This document shows positions 1 through 12,872 of a DNA stretch of 64,000 nucleotides, piece after piece. Position 1 is the stretch's first letter. Every line of letters starts with the position of its first letter. A program made the position numbers and the translations under genes. The notes under the pieces were generated by a model, which saw only the letters and a list, made by a program, of their open reading frames with translations, ran no database searches and was not told the DNA's origin. Source of the DNA: Kudoa neothunni (Eukaryota > Animalia > Cnidaria); contig OZ199839.1 of assembly GCA_964304625.1 (NCBI GenBank), positions 1,924,093-1,988,092 of the forward strand, in the 5' to 3' direction.

Positions 1-1462
1 TGATAATATTAATAATAAATTTATTGATTTTTCAGGATATTGACGAAAATTTACGTAATCCCAGTTTAACTGGTCTACAATTACATTTAAATTCATTGTT
101 CTGTTGCATGTGTATGCGATGAATAAGGATGGAGTTTCGAAATCCTGGATTAAATTTGGCACTGATTAGTTTCTGAATAGATTTATTTTTTTTCATGATA
201 GTTTTCCTTTTTTAATCTAAATACTTTATTTTTAAGGTTTATTGTTGATAAAAATTCTTGGTCCCATTATAATAAAATAATAGTCGAATTAGAAGATATT
301 GTTTAGAATCACCCAACCATGTAGCGGTGTATTTTTGCAGTTAGAAATTAATTTTTTATAAGTCTCGTTATGCAGATGATTATTTGTCTTATTTTAATAA
401 TGTTTTGTCGCGACGGTTTTTTGAAATTGCAACAACGCCCTGTAATCTTATTGTGTAGATGGTGTGTGGTGTTTGAAGATGGACTCACATGGTTCAACTA
501 CAAACATTACTAAATGCGTGTCGCGTAGATTGTGGTCGATTTATAGACGACCATTTGAATCAAGCAACCGTTCCACATTGCAACGCTCACCATCAACCGA
601 AGATGACTTGCTCATTGACAAATTGTTTGGGGGACAATCGTTACAAATTCTAGATCCTAAAACTCCCTGTTGTACCACAGTTAGAGCCCATGATCGTGAT
701 CATTTGGATAGTAGTAACTCAAAATTAGTAACTATTTGTTTGTGGTGGGATATATGTCTATTCAAAAGAAACATCACCACTCTTTCTACAAGCAATTATT
801 TGGTATTTTTGAGTGAGAGAACGTATGGCGAAAAAACCCACGATAAACTAGTTCCATTTGTATCAAGTGGTTATTTCCACAATAACACGTAGGTTAATGA
901 GATTTTAAATTCTAACGATGGCATTGATTTTTTAGAGAAAATTACACTGTCATATTCACCTCAGTCGCTATTATTGACGCCGTTATAGTTACTGTTAGTT
1001 ATTGATTGTGTTGATTTGGGAAGGTGGCATAGTGTTTAGGTATTCAGAGAAAATATCACTGTTCTCTCTGTCACAACCTCAACAACCCCCATACCAAATC
1101 AATGTATTTTAATTAGATCATTTACTGCTGAGATATCGAATGGAAACAAATTAGGCAACTTTTTTCAACGAATATCATCATCGGACAGAATAAAACTAAT
1201 CTTGTTGGCAGTGTTTATACCTTTATTAACAATCGTTCTATTTTCTGTTTACTGTCACGTGGAAAATCTATCAATTTACGAATTCCTACACAATTCCAAT
1301 ATTGTTGACACGGATTATCGTGCGTTAATCCCCATCAAACAAAAACTAGAGAAATCGTCCGACTCCATCGCTCTAAAACGGCTGAGAAAAGCAACAGAGA
1401 AATTTTCGTCATTCAAAAGCATTTCTCAACAACCGCACTCATCTATTATTAACCGACGATAG
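1..1462 (+). CDS. 3' part of a spliced gene for an unidentified protein with a C-proximal hydrophobic (TM-like) segment; 5' end lies outside the window
   Basis: Short open segments bounded by tag/cag acceptors and gt donors (e.g. tttcag|GATATT at ~37). The last exon reads ...SSSDRIKLILLAVFIPLLTIVLFSVYCHVE...IINRR* with the stop ending at 1462. No family recognised. Confidence 0.45.
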
Positions 1463-2300
1463 ATAGATTATCTATAGAAAATAAATTTAATTATTTATTA
1501 GTTGATACAATTATTAACATATTGGATGACTGATTTATTTTTTTTCGGCTTATTAAACGATTTAATACGTAATTGATTAATGATTCGTTGCAATCAATAC
1601 GTAGTTTTCAGTAGATGTTCTGTATGAACGCTTCCTGCTGCTCCATTTTAGTTTCCGCCCTCTTCGCAAAAAGAAATTATAAAACGTATTTATTTTGGGT
1701 CAAGAAAATTATTATTTCTAACAAAATTACATGAAGAAGAAAAAAAGTAGTCGAATTTAATGAGGAAACATGTAAATAAATTTAATACAATTTATAATAA
1801 ATTAAATGTTTGACTTTTATCTTGTCTTTTTAGAGGAATGATTAAATCTGATCGAGGCTTGTAATTAAAAAAAGATATGCAATAATCTGAGTTAATAAAT
1901 TAATTAGATATTTAATATATTAATGCAAAATATCATATGTGATTATTTGCGCTTACGAGGAATTTCGGATTGGTTTTATTTGATTTTAAATTTAAAAATT
2001 AAATATGGAAAATAAGCATATGTCACAATACTGTATTTAATTTTTTAGTTCATATAATTTTTGAATACATATTGATTTTAGCACAAGGTATAAAAATTTT
2101 AAATTATTTAACAAAAACACCTAAAAAAATAAATTTTGACACTTATTAAATTAATAATCTTAATTTCCTTAAAAAATATATAATAAAATTTCCAAGGCTT
2201 CAACCAATTTTGAAATATTTTAAAGTTTGTTTATTTTTTCTATAAAAAAGTAAACATAATCAACTTTTGATACTGCATAATCTGATTATGCGTAGTTTAA

Positions 2301-4633
2301 CCCATTCCGGGTTTTCGTTCCCTTTTCGGCCCCCCATTGTTGTCTCTAAGAATTTTAATATTTCGTCAATGAGTACTATATTATATATTAATTCATTTTA
2401 AATTGAATTAAAAATGAAATTTCAATTATGAATTCATATCTTTTGAGATTATATACTATGTGGTAATTATAGTATACTGGGGTAGTAATAGAACAGAAAT
2501 TTGGTAGAAATAACAAACTTAAAATTCTCCAATTGAATTATGAGTTTAGAAGGTTAGTTATAAATAATATTTTTTCAATATAGGTCAGCCCGTTACAGGG
2601 ATCAAGAAATATAAGCAATATAGTACAATGTCGAAAAGGGAACGAAAACTCACTGACGTGATAAATTCCAATTAATCGGTTATTGACCTAGTGCTCACAT
2701 CCTCACAACGGATTACGATAATATATTTGATTGTGATGGTGAAAAAATGTTGATATTTTAAACACAGTTGAGTTTTTGTCGTTACCTCAAGGCTTAAGAA
2801 AATATTGGTATTTTGAATAATGAAGAAGACCCCTCTGTTTCAAAAGCTTATGACAACATTGGCATCGGAACCGTCCAGAAATATGCGGTGAAGTAGAAAC
2901 TTTCTCGTATATAAGTAATGAACCTTTAATGATAATTATTGTGCCACGTAATGTAAAATATCTCAATCAAAAAATCCATTTGTAATTGCCACTGATTGCC
3001 AAACAGTGACTCGAAATAAATGTGGCATTATGTATGATGGCTCAACGAACGGGTATGAATCATAGGAAGTATTGTAAAAAATTGTTAGATGAAATTCTTG
3101 TTTTTAATATTGTTAAAGAAACAAATATTTATGCAAACAAAATAATTAAACTTTTCACTTAACCATAAAAGAATTTAAATCTTTTAGCGGTATTTTACTA
3201 TTATCCAAGTACAATCGACTATCTAGACAGCATTTGTATGAAGAATCTTCGGTGAATTCTGGCTTTGAAATCCTGAAAGGATAAATGCCTCTAAAACGTT
3301 TCAGAGATAAAAAAATATATCCATTTTTCCAATAATTATGCTTTAGTTAGAAACGAAAAGATGGCTAAATTGAGGCCTCTTATCGACAAATTAAACATAA
3401 ATTTTCAAAAAGTTGAAATTTTTGATGAAGTTATTTTTATTGACGAGAAAATGGTTCCATATTTTGGTTTACATTCTTCAAAAATGTTCATAAAAATAAG
3501 CCAGTTCGATTTTCCTCTAAAATTTGGGTAATGAACAGTTCAAGTGGATATATTTACAGTTTCAAGGTATACACTAGAAAAGGTTAAGTCGTGGATAATT
3601 CGCTTGTGCTTGGTACAAATGTAGTTATGAACTTCGTTGATGAAATTAGTGATTCTGTAGGAATTGAATTGTATTTTGACAATTTTTTTTCCTCCTTCAA
3701 ACCATTAAAAGCACTGACAGACAAAAACAATAAGGCGACAGGTACAATTCATTCTAATAGAACTGGAAAGTGTTCCTTTACACTGTCAAACATTTTTGCT
3801 AAAAATAAAAGAGGCCAATACGAAGAATTTACTGATGGAAACAGAATTGTTTGTGTTCAGTGAAATGACACAACGTCAGTTACCGTTATTAATAATTATC
3901 TTTCGTGTCAACCATTAATGAGAATTAAAAGGTTTTCGAAAATAGAAAAAAAACAAATTTCTATATTCCAGCCTTATATGATTGACGCCTTTAACAAATA
4001 CATGGGTGATGTAGATCAGGTACACAATAAAATTGCTAACTATCGCATTTCTATTAGGGTTAAAAAATGATACTGGGCGTTATTTACCAATTTCATATCT
4101 GTGTCGTTAACTCGTGGAGAATTATTACTACTTATGGCGAAAACGCCATGGATTTATTACAACGTACACGAGAAATAACCTCATGTCTAATTACATTACA
4201 CGAACCTATTTCAGGTGTTAGATGATCATCTTTAGCAAATAAAATAATAAAAAATACATGCCCAAATTCCCTTAATACGGATGATCTAACTCGTAAAAGA
4301 TTGAGATGTGTAATGTGTCAACTCGACTGTATACTATTGCAGTGGCCGTTCTACTAGATTACATCCAAAATGTTTTCAAACCTTCCATAAATAAATAATA
4401 ATATTTTTCAACATTAAAAATAATATATAAGGTTTTGTAATTAAAATATAATGTTCAATTTTTGCGCATATGATAGCTGGGAGTTTTGCGTGTCGTTTAC
4501 GACACAACCTTAAATCTTGATTTTGTGCCCATATAATCATTTTTTGGAAAAAATATTTAATTATGATTTTATTATGACAACATAATTTTTTTTAGGGAAA
4601 TAGTCAATTTCGAAAATATGGAACCTGAACGGG
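2301..4633 (+). mobile_element. Decayed piggyBac DNA transposon (copy A)
   Basis: TTAA at 2297-2300 and 4634-4637; CCC...GGG termini. Frameshifted transposase remnants ~3100-4390 (IDEKMVPYFG, LYFDNFFSS, FNKYMGDVDQ, C-terminal Cys-rich remnant). Confidence 0.9.
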
Positions 4634-5134
4634 TTAATAGCGATTTGGTAAGAAACTCTATAATCAGATAGGTTGAAGCTTTATAATGCAAGCATCGTGT
4701 CCATAGGTTTTATTGAAGTCACCCGCTAAGTTTAACTTTCTGTGATTAATTTCAATGCAAATGGTTGTACTCTTATTTCATCTTATTATTTGAATTATAT
4801 TGATATTGACTCGATCTGAAACCATTTGTGAGAAATAGTACATTAATGTTCATACCGGGACAAGGGATAATAATTTGAGCATTAAAAACCAATTGTCGTA
4901 AATTTCCTTCTATTTCTATATCTTTTTTTACCTCCCCAGAAAAGCATGACAAAAACTTTCAGAGTCGGGCCAGAATCGGTCTTGAAAAATCCACGGACCA
5001 AAAAATAACATTTTAGACAACGCTTTAAGTTAATTTAAATAATTCGGGAATATAGAAAAAAAATGACGCAGACCTTAAATTATTTGGCGTCGATGCCAAG
5101 GCATTAAATTTATAAATGAAAGCCGGAATTGATA

Positions 5135-5317
5135 CGTTCCTTCACAGAAACGATCATAATTTTAATTTCGTCGATCCAAAACGTTAATGTATGATGCTTA
5201 AAATTTTTAGTTACTTTTCTGCTATGGGATAATTTACGATTTTAATATATGTTGTGAATGTTATTAAGAAGCGTATCTATGCAAAGTCTTCCCCAAGCAA
5301 CGCTGGGCAGTTCCCTC
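5135..5317 (+). mobile_element. Helitron-like 3'-end fragment, homologous to 15770-15962
   Basis: ~180 bp aligns by eye with 15770-15962. Carries the subterminal hairpin CCCAAGC-AAC-GCTGGG; the terminal CTAG is missing in this copy. Confidence 0.6.
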
Positions 5318-6994
5318 CAATATTATATAAGCATTAAATGCTGGTACACCGATAAGATCCATAAACATGCTGAAGAACCATTTTCTAGTTATAAAAGCAC
5401 AGCTGTATTTTTTCGCCATTCGATCATCGCCAATAAACCTACTTTGGTTTGATTATAATTGATAATGATTTCAGAGTTATTTTTTTATGAGCGTTCAATC
5501 ACACTTAAATAGAAATCCGATGATAACAGAAAAATAATACGCTTTTTCTTTTGAACGTATGGCATTGGCGTTACGTTCTCACAGAAGATATGTTTTGACG
5601 ATAACTCATCACGATTAGTCATACCCTGTAGAATTTCGAGTACGCAGTGGTTATTTCGTCTAAAAATCGTAATTAACGTAATATCCTTCTGCAACAAGAA
5701 TAGTGCCATTGGATGGGGATGAAAAAACTGTCAGTTATTGATCCTCGCCTAGAACCATAAGGTGATGTAATATTTTCTGAAATCACCATAGAACCAGTCT
5801 TACAATTGACGTGTTTGCGAAAATTGACCCTTTTCTTGATTTTAGGACACATTACCATTGGAAATCCGATTTAGTAGTTGATATCTTCTCTAATATCTCA
5901 TCACATTCGACTTTAGACTCAGAATTTCTGAATATTCGAAAAAGCCATAATTAGAGCATTCATCCTCAAATCCCAGGTCACTGTCAACATATCCTCCATT
6001 TTTATTAGAGCCTGGACAATATGGCATAGTGGTGTTAAGTCGATATCGCATACTATGAGGTTGTGAGTTCGAAGCCTAGTCCAGGCGTTCCTGTACTCTA
6101 AATCCGAAATTAAGTAGGAAGGCCGTAGTAATCGTAAAGATCTAAGATTAATCGTTGTTTTGTTTGCAGCTGGGAGGGGAGCCTAGCGGAAGAGTAGATC
6201 TAGAGCGTTCATAAACGCCGGGGTACAGGAACGAAATACAACCCAGTAGGGGGTTTCCGTAGAGCCAACGCCCGCATTCAGACGACTTTTCCAAACTAAT
6301 TCTGGGTTAGTCCAGGGTATGGTTGGGGTGGTGGTTGCTCCGAAACGAGTATGTTTAATGGGTTAAAATCCCACATTACCGCATAAACGTAAGTCGCTTT
6401 AATATGACGATGCGATGCCTAAAGTGTAAATGGAGAGGGTCTAACCAGCCCGAATTTCACAACCTAACAAGTTGCGCCAGGGGTTTGACTTTGTAAATAA
6501 AAAAAACTCCATTTTTATTTAAATTCTCAATAACATCATCCGAACTATTTATTAATATCATTTTTTATGTATAAATGTCAAAACTTAAAGACTGAAAAAT
6601 TTTCGTACAAACATGTACGTACCCCCAAAACCCAAATAACAAAGTTACCAATCTTGTGTATCATAACTTAAAAGTATAATTTCTTAAGATTCTTAGACAT
6701 TTCATTTTAATTTTTTTGAATATTCTTATTGGCAAAATTAATTTTACCATCGTGTAATAATCATTGAGTATCGTTATTAACGATATTTCAGAGTGAAGAT
6801 AGCCTGCTTCTTTTTAAAAAAGCTATATTAAATCAATTTCTTTCAAACAGAATCAGTTAAATGTTTCAAATAAAACAATGGATTATATTCAGAAATTTCA
6901 TCAAATATAAGTAAGATATTTAATGTTTAAAGGGGGGAATTTTTAAAAATACAAAAATTGGGATGCATAATGTACTCCCTTCGTCCCGGGAGGG
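5318..6994 (-). mobile_element. Internally deleted, truncated piggyBac (copy B) interrupted by a SINE
   Basis: Terminus GGG|TTAA at 6992-6998. Minus-strand remnants YGSRRGSITDSFF..MALFLLQKDITLITIFRRN and YNQTK...RKWFFSMFMDLI..AFNAYII match piggyBac catalytic-core motifs. Confidence 0.8.
6007..6507 (+). mobile_element. tRNA-derived SINE (copy 1)
   Basis: Perfect 13-bp TSD CTCCATTTTTATT (5994-6006 and 6508-6520), A box TGGCATAGTGG, B box GAGTTCGAAGCC and an A-rich tail. The 3' ~180 nt are homologous to the element at 48528-48954. Confidence 0.88.
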
Positions 6995-7130
6995 TTAAAA
7001 GTATTAAATTTACAATTAATCCAAAAATTTTTTCTTAAGCGTAAAAATATTCAATTACTTTTGTTCTTATCGATTGGAGACAATTTTTAAAAGCACAAGC
7101 GACTTGTATCCTGATCGAAATTTGCTTAAA

Positions 7131-9410
7131 CCCATTCAGGGTTCTATTTTTTAAATTAAGCCAAAATTTATATAATGATAGAATATTGTAATATAATAAG
7201 TAATTATGAGTAAAGCTTCCAAATAATAATTATTTTCAGAAAAAACTTAATTTTACTAAAGTGCCGAAAAGAGGAACATTAACTCCTCCATGTGCATAAT
7301 CCTAATAAAGTTAGTCACATGCTTTTATAGAAAAAAGTAAGAATTTTCACTGAGAATGAAAATGATTTAATTAATTTTAAGCATTAATAATTAAATTATT
7401 CAGAACACTCTACGTGTACGTACGTAGGGAAATTATTGCAATAATGGATGGTAGTTTTCTTGCGTATGACGCATCTTTTCTGTAGTGTGTTCGTAGAGGG
7501 TGTTATATTTGGTTTTTGGCACATGGGAGCCTTCTGAAAATTGCTCAATACAGTTATACGACCTATTAGAGCATTTTTCGTTGTAAACGATATTAGATTT
7601 TTTCACGATGGCTCGAGTATATGTGTAAGAGGGTCAATTTTCGAGGAATTCTCTACATTTATTGGTCTCCATAAATTTACCAGGGCCATAGACCGCATGT
7701 TGATGACTAGTCACCATCACCATTTTTTGACTTTATCTTTATTCTATAGCAGGCTATTGAATTGCCGGCAAGATCATCTCTACCCATATGCTTATTGTAC
7801 ATATACATGTTATGTGGACGTTTAACCTGTCACAAGGACTTTTTAATTTAACATTATCTCCTAACTTTCGTAACTGGACGTGGGTCAAAACAATGAGTCA
7901 TCAATAAAACTAATCCAATATCGTGCTAATGAGAGAATAAAATTTTTGTGGAATTATCAAAGATATTTTCGTTTGTAATTCGGATCGTTTTCTCCATCAG
8001 ATGCTTCGATGTTACGGTTAATATAGCAAAAAATTTTTAGGACGAAAAAAGAAATTACCAAACAACAATTTAAGGTTTGATACATCTCTCAATTCATCAA
8101 GGAAACGTTTCACGCCATATAATCCAAATCTCAGCTATTGGCTTTCCATCGTAAATAGAAAAGCTACACGATTAACCATATGAAGACCTTACTATCCAAT
8201 TTTTAAACTCAAAGCGTAAAGGTTTCTCTCTTCTAAACATCTTACAGGAATGATGTCCTTATTATGGTACCATTTGCAGATTTATGATGTTCCTGTTAAG
8301 AATTCCATACTTTCTTAAGTTTACATTCATTTTTTCAATTAATGGTTTTTTATTTAAACAATTTATCGCTCCTATCTATTCTTGTGTTATCATTAAGATG
8401 GAGATATCTCTTAATGGATTTGAAATGTTTATAGGTCATCGCTTTATTCACTAGCATTACTCCAGAATCTACAGCGTCTTCCCAACACATATATTTCCAG
8501 GTTAACGTATTGTAGTCGGTAAGTAACAGTATACCATTAAAAGTTTTGAGTTGTTTGGCTGTCAGATTAAAAATGTGATCGCTTTAAAATGATTATTATG
8601 AAGTTTTCGTCAAAATGTTGTTAAAAAACATTATAGGACTCATAACTCTTTCCTAAAATTTATGCAGGTTCTTCACATAAATTTTAACTGGTAATAAATT
8701 AGCCATGGTCGTTGAAAGTTTGAGACCCAATTTTATTTGGAGAAAATTTTTTAGGAAGGAGAAACTTCATCTCAAAAAATGTACTAATTATTTTCTTACT
8801 GCACCTCAATCTCTCCGCATATTTCGGGTATGATTCTTATACCAGTATCCACAATTAAAATTGGCACCAAATTATCCTCCTCATCCATCAAATCCTCAGC
8901 AATGATTGGAGAAAGAGTGATAAAACTTCGAAAGCATGTCATCTTTATCGAAGAATTCATTAGCAGCGCCTAATAAACTTCTATAACGAATCACGTATAT
9001 CACGAAATTCAACAATCTGTTAAAGGATTAATTGACGATTTACACGTAGAGGAGTTATTGTTCCTTTTTCGGCATATGTTTATTTTGTTAATAATTTTCT
9101 TAATTCCAAACGCAAATCAAAGAAAATCAAAATTTTGAGTTGCATACATATATATTATTAAATCACAAATTTATGGACGGAAATAAATTCATACCGCCAT
9201 AATATTTCACTATTGGTACTAAATGAGTGGTTGAGCATAAATTGCATGATATTTTTTAAACCATAATATAGAATTTCTTCTTATTTGGTAAATTAAGACA
9301 GATTGACTGTACTAAGATATATTTTCATTTATAAATAAATCTGTTATTCGACCAAAGAGAAAATCATATTTTATTCGTGTGCCGAAAAGGGAAAAGTAAC
9401 CCTTAATGGG
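7131..9410 (-). mobile_element. Decayed piggyBac (copy C), same family as copy A
   Basis: GGG|TTAA at 9408-9414. The reverse-complement end CCCATTAAGGGTTACTTTTCCCTTTTCGGC resembles the copy A end CCCATTCCGGGTTTTCGTTCCCTTTTCGGC. Minus-strand remnant MCWEDAVDSGVMLVNKAMTYKHFKSIKRYLHLNDN at ~8390-8490. Confidence 0.85.
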
Positions 9411-9428
9411 TTAATGCGCGTTTGCTTG

Positions 9429-9440
9429 TGCGCAGGCGCA
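9429..9440. promoter_or_regulatory. NRF1/Ewg-type binding motif upstream of INTS9
   Basis: TGCGCAGGCGCA matches the NRF1 consensus YGCGCANGCGCR. It is a GC-rich spot in AT-rich DNA, 50 bp upstream of the predicted ATG. Confidence 0.45.
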
Positions 9441-9489
9441 AACCAAATACTCAGAATATTTCCCTCTATAACTTGTATACCTGTCAGTG

Positions 9490-12400
9490 ATGAAGATTGT
9501 ATCATTTTTTGTGAATAATTTTTTCCACTGATTTGTTCAACTAGCAATCTATTGGTGTTGAAGATGAACATGATTGTTACCTGTTGGATTGCGATGGAGC
9601 TGGAATTTTGTTGGATTTTCCTGTGAAGTTCCAAATAAATAGAACAGATTCTACTGAAAAAGCACAGTACCTTTATATAGATTTAAAGATGAATTTGAGA
9701 TTTTGACTAGCTGTAATCCTTCCAGCCAACACAAAATAGATTATTTGCTACCATGTGTAATAATTGAATAAATCTACATGTGATTAATAATGAAACTACA
9801 ATAGCTGGATATGGTTGATATGTGTTCATTAGAGGCTATATTAATAAGCAATGTGTATAGTATGATAGCACTTCCTTTTTTAACTGAGGTAAATATAAAA
9901 AGAGTTGCCAATTTAACGCAACCTCGTCATGTATTGAGTGCGAATTAAATTAGCGTACCAAATTTAATGGAAAAATCTATGCAACCACTCCAGTATACGA
10001 GCTTGGAAAGTATTAGATGAGGATGCAAAATAATCACCTATAATTTCTACAGATTAATAATGAAGGATAACGTATTCAATTTGCATACTTCAAGAACCAC
10101 AATCAAACAATCAACCACTCGAAACCAATTAAACATACCAGAAGATGTTATTTCCGGTTTTTATACGTATATTCTCATTGAATACAATTTGAATCTAATG
10201 GAAATTGTCAAAGTGAAAAGGAAATGGATTCATGTCTATCCAAAATAAGTCAAGTGTCTTTCTGTGATAATAGAGTAATAATTTGGGGAGGAAATTGGAT
10301 ACATTACCCATTCGCGTGCAGAATATTAAATTAGGTGTGTACGTCACTGCTATCAGTTCGGGCCATAATTTCGGTAGCTGTAATTGGCTGATACAGAATA
10401 ACGACGAAAAAGTAGTCCATTATTTTAAAATAGCTATAGTTTCTACGTTAAAATCTTATGTTGTTGATTAGATATGTTATTTGGCATCATCTTCAATGCT
10501 CAAAACTCACGCTATTCCTATCCAAACTCAATACATGAATAATATTGATGTTTTGGTAGTTTCTCAACTATCTCGTTGTGATGTGGTACGGCCGGATTCA
10601 CTTATTCAATCGATATTTGATTTGATAGGTATAAAATTAAAAATCTATTGAAATAATATCAATTGGGGTGGATATTTACCAATTTTCTAGTGGAAACGAT
10701 ACGAAATAATGGCAGCATACTTTTTCCTATTCATCCAACAGTAAACCATCTGCTCGTTTCCTTACATCATTAAAATCCTATCTATAACACAGGGATTTAT
10801 CTACGATTTTATACAATTACTATCAACATTCCTGGACAAAGAGAACTACACTCAGATTCCAATTTACTGTATTTCCTCAGTGATTGCACCATCGTTGGCC
10901 TATTCCAACATATCAGCCGAATGGTAATGTGTTTTCTGTTGATTAAAAATATTAATCTCCTCCTAAGGCTGACTAACGAACGTCTTGAAGTGTGCTACAG
11001 TGGATCTGTGCCTTTCGAACACCAAACGGTTAGCTGATTCTCATATAGTCCTTTTTCTGTCTCCATTTTGCCATCCTGTTTGATTATAGCTTATTGACAA
11101 GAAACGTCTCATTTGTGTTTCGTCACTTTCAGGTTGGTGTTGATTCGATCGGAAAAAATATTCTAATTGATCGTAGATCTCGGTTTGAAATCGATTAGAA
11201 AACCTTGCATTGCTCTAGCCTCAAATCCTTTCCTGATGGGTGGCGCCAGCCGCGACTTGTTTTGCGAATGGAAGAATGATGCTGCAAATTGTTGTGTATT
11301 CACAGGTTTGTCTGATCGTGTATATTATCTATTGTTTTCTATCAAATTTTCATTTAGACCCAAACTATTTCGGCGAACTTGCTACTGATCAGTTTGATAA
11401 TATAACAATGAAAGTTGTGTTTTTTATTGTTTAAGTTTTAAATCGATTTCATCTAATGGAAATTATCACAACTTAGTGCCGTAGAATCAGAATTGATACA
11501 CGCCTCTCTTACCTTCAACTGTCCAACCTGGTGAATGATATTAGAGTATTAAGTATTGTTTGGTACGATTAGTTATTCATTCGATTACTAGCCTCGTAAA
11601 GTTGTTCTATCAACAACCGATTATGATAACTTCAACAACTATTTACAAAGTTCTAACACCCAAATAAAGGCAATCATTTTATTTTAAATATAATACTCTT
11701 GACCAATAGTTTAAACTCATTTACGACTAATTATTCTGTCCAGTTTGGATAAAAATATTTTTTTGAATAATAAGAGATACTATAATTTATCTCTGCAGAG
11801 CAATATTTTATGATTAAACTGATGTTTTAAGATCACTGCAAAAAATATTATCAATCTTAAGCCACAGTCCAAATTTCAAACAGTGGACTTAGCACACAAG
11901 CAAATGCACGAAGTATTGTATATACCTAAAGAGGTATCTACGAGCACTGTGAGAACAGATGCATAGATACTTTGTAGATTGCAAACAATGTGATTATTGG
12001 TACATTCTCCAACACGGGAGATGCCCCCATTTCTAATCCAATGGATGGATGCTCGTTCATCAGTTGTTACGTGGAGGAAAAGAACGGAAAATTATTCGCG
12101 TGTAAACCACGTCAAACAGAAAAATCATTTTTAAATTCAGAGCTTTCGTTAAAGTGAAAATTCGGAATAAAGATCGTTATATGATGTGTTATATTTTTGT
12201 ATTGTAGTGGTGGATTTTTTCCAAGTTGCAACAACGTTCAGCTTAACGAATTGAAAGAATTTCTCCAACAAGTAGATTTAATCGTTATTTGTTAAAATAA
12301 TCCGCATAGACTACAAACAACATTGAGCTAATTGAGATAAATAATCAGAACTTTCAATGCATATTCAAATTGGTTGGCGGCTTTTGATATCGCTATTATG

Positions 12401-12572
12401 TGTAATGGTTTTTTAGAAAAGTGAGGGCCAAATAATTATGCACTATGTCGAGTATCCCATCAAATTCACAATCACCGAAAACGTCACCTCCACCTCATTC
12501 ATTGAATTCTTCCAGCATCTCAATGATTGGTCACAATCGCTATACCAACAAGGAGACCCCGTCGAAGAATGA
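9490..12572 (+). CDS. INTS9: Integrator complex subunit 9 (inactive MBL/beta-CASP fold), many short introns
   Basis: Spliced reading: MKI|QSIGVEDEHDCYLLDCDGAGILLDFP..., LEAILISNVYSMIALPFLTE, KFNGKIYATTPVYELGK, VTAISSGHNFGSCNWLIQ, SLAYSNISAEW, KPCIALASNPFL. These align with INTS9 motifs (DVILISNY..MMALPYITE, GTVYATEPT, SSGYALGSSNWII). First intron 9499-9544; probable stop 12570-12572. Confidence 0.88.
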
Positions 12573-12872
12573 TTACTTTTGAACTATATATACATATGCT
12601 AAATATTATCTATGTGTAGATTTCATGAGAAAAAGTTATTTAAATGAACACTTAAAAATAGTTTTAACTTGGATATTGCGTAATTTTACGAAGTACAGTA
12701 ATGGACCAGTCGTACGTACATTGGTTATTTTGCATATTAAAAGGGTCTCTCATATTTTAAATGATTTTAAAAATTATATAATGATAGAATTACACGAATT
12801 AAACAATTTGTAAACATGGCTACTACGAATAAACGATAAATAAAATGTCGCGTGAGGGTTGGTCGTACGTAC

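Noticed and set aside
6010-6087. tRNA-Sec or other functional tRNA gene (GCCTGGAC...GTCCAGGCG resembles the tRNA-Sec acceptor stem)
   Set aside because: No UCA anticodon arm, no long variable arm and no proper T stem; it is the head of a TSD-flanked SINE.
6114-6290. RNase P RNA (GGAAGG and ATTCAGAC resemble CR-I and CR-V)
   Set aside because: The two segments cannot form the P4 helix because no GTCTGA follows GGAAG.
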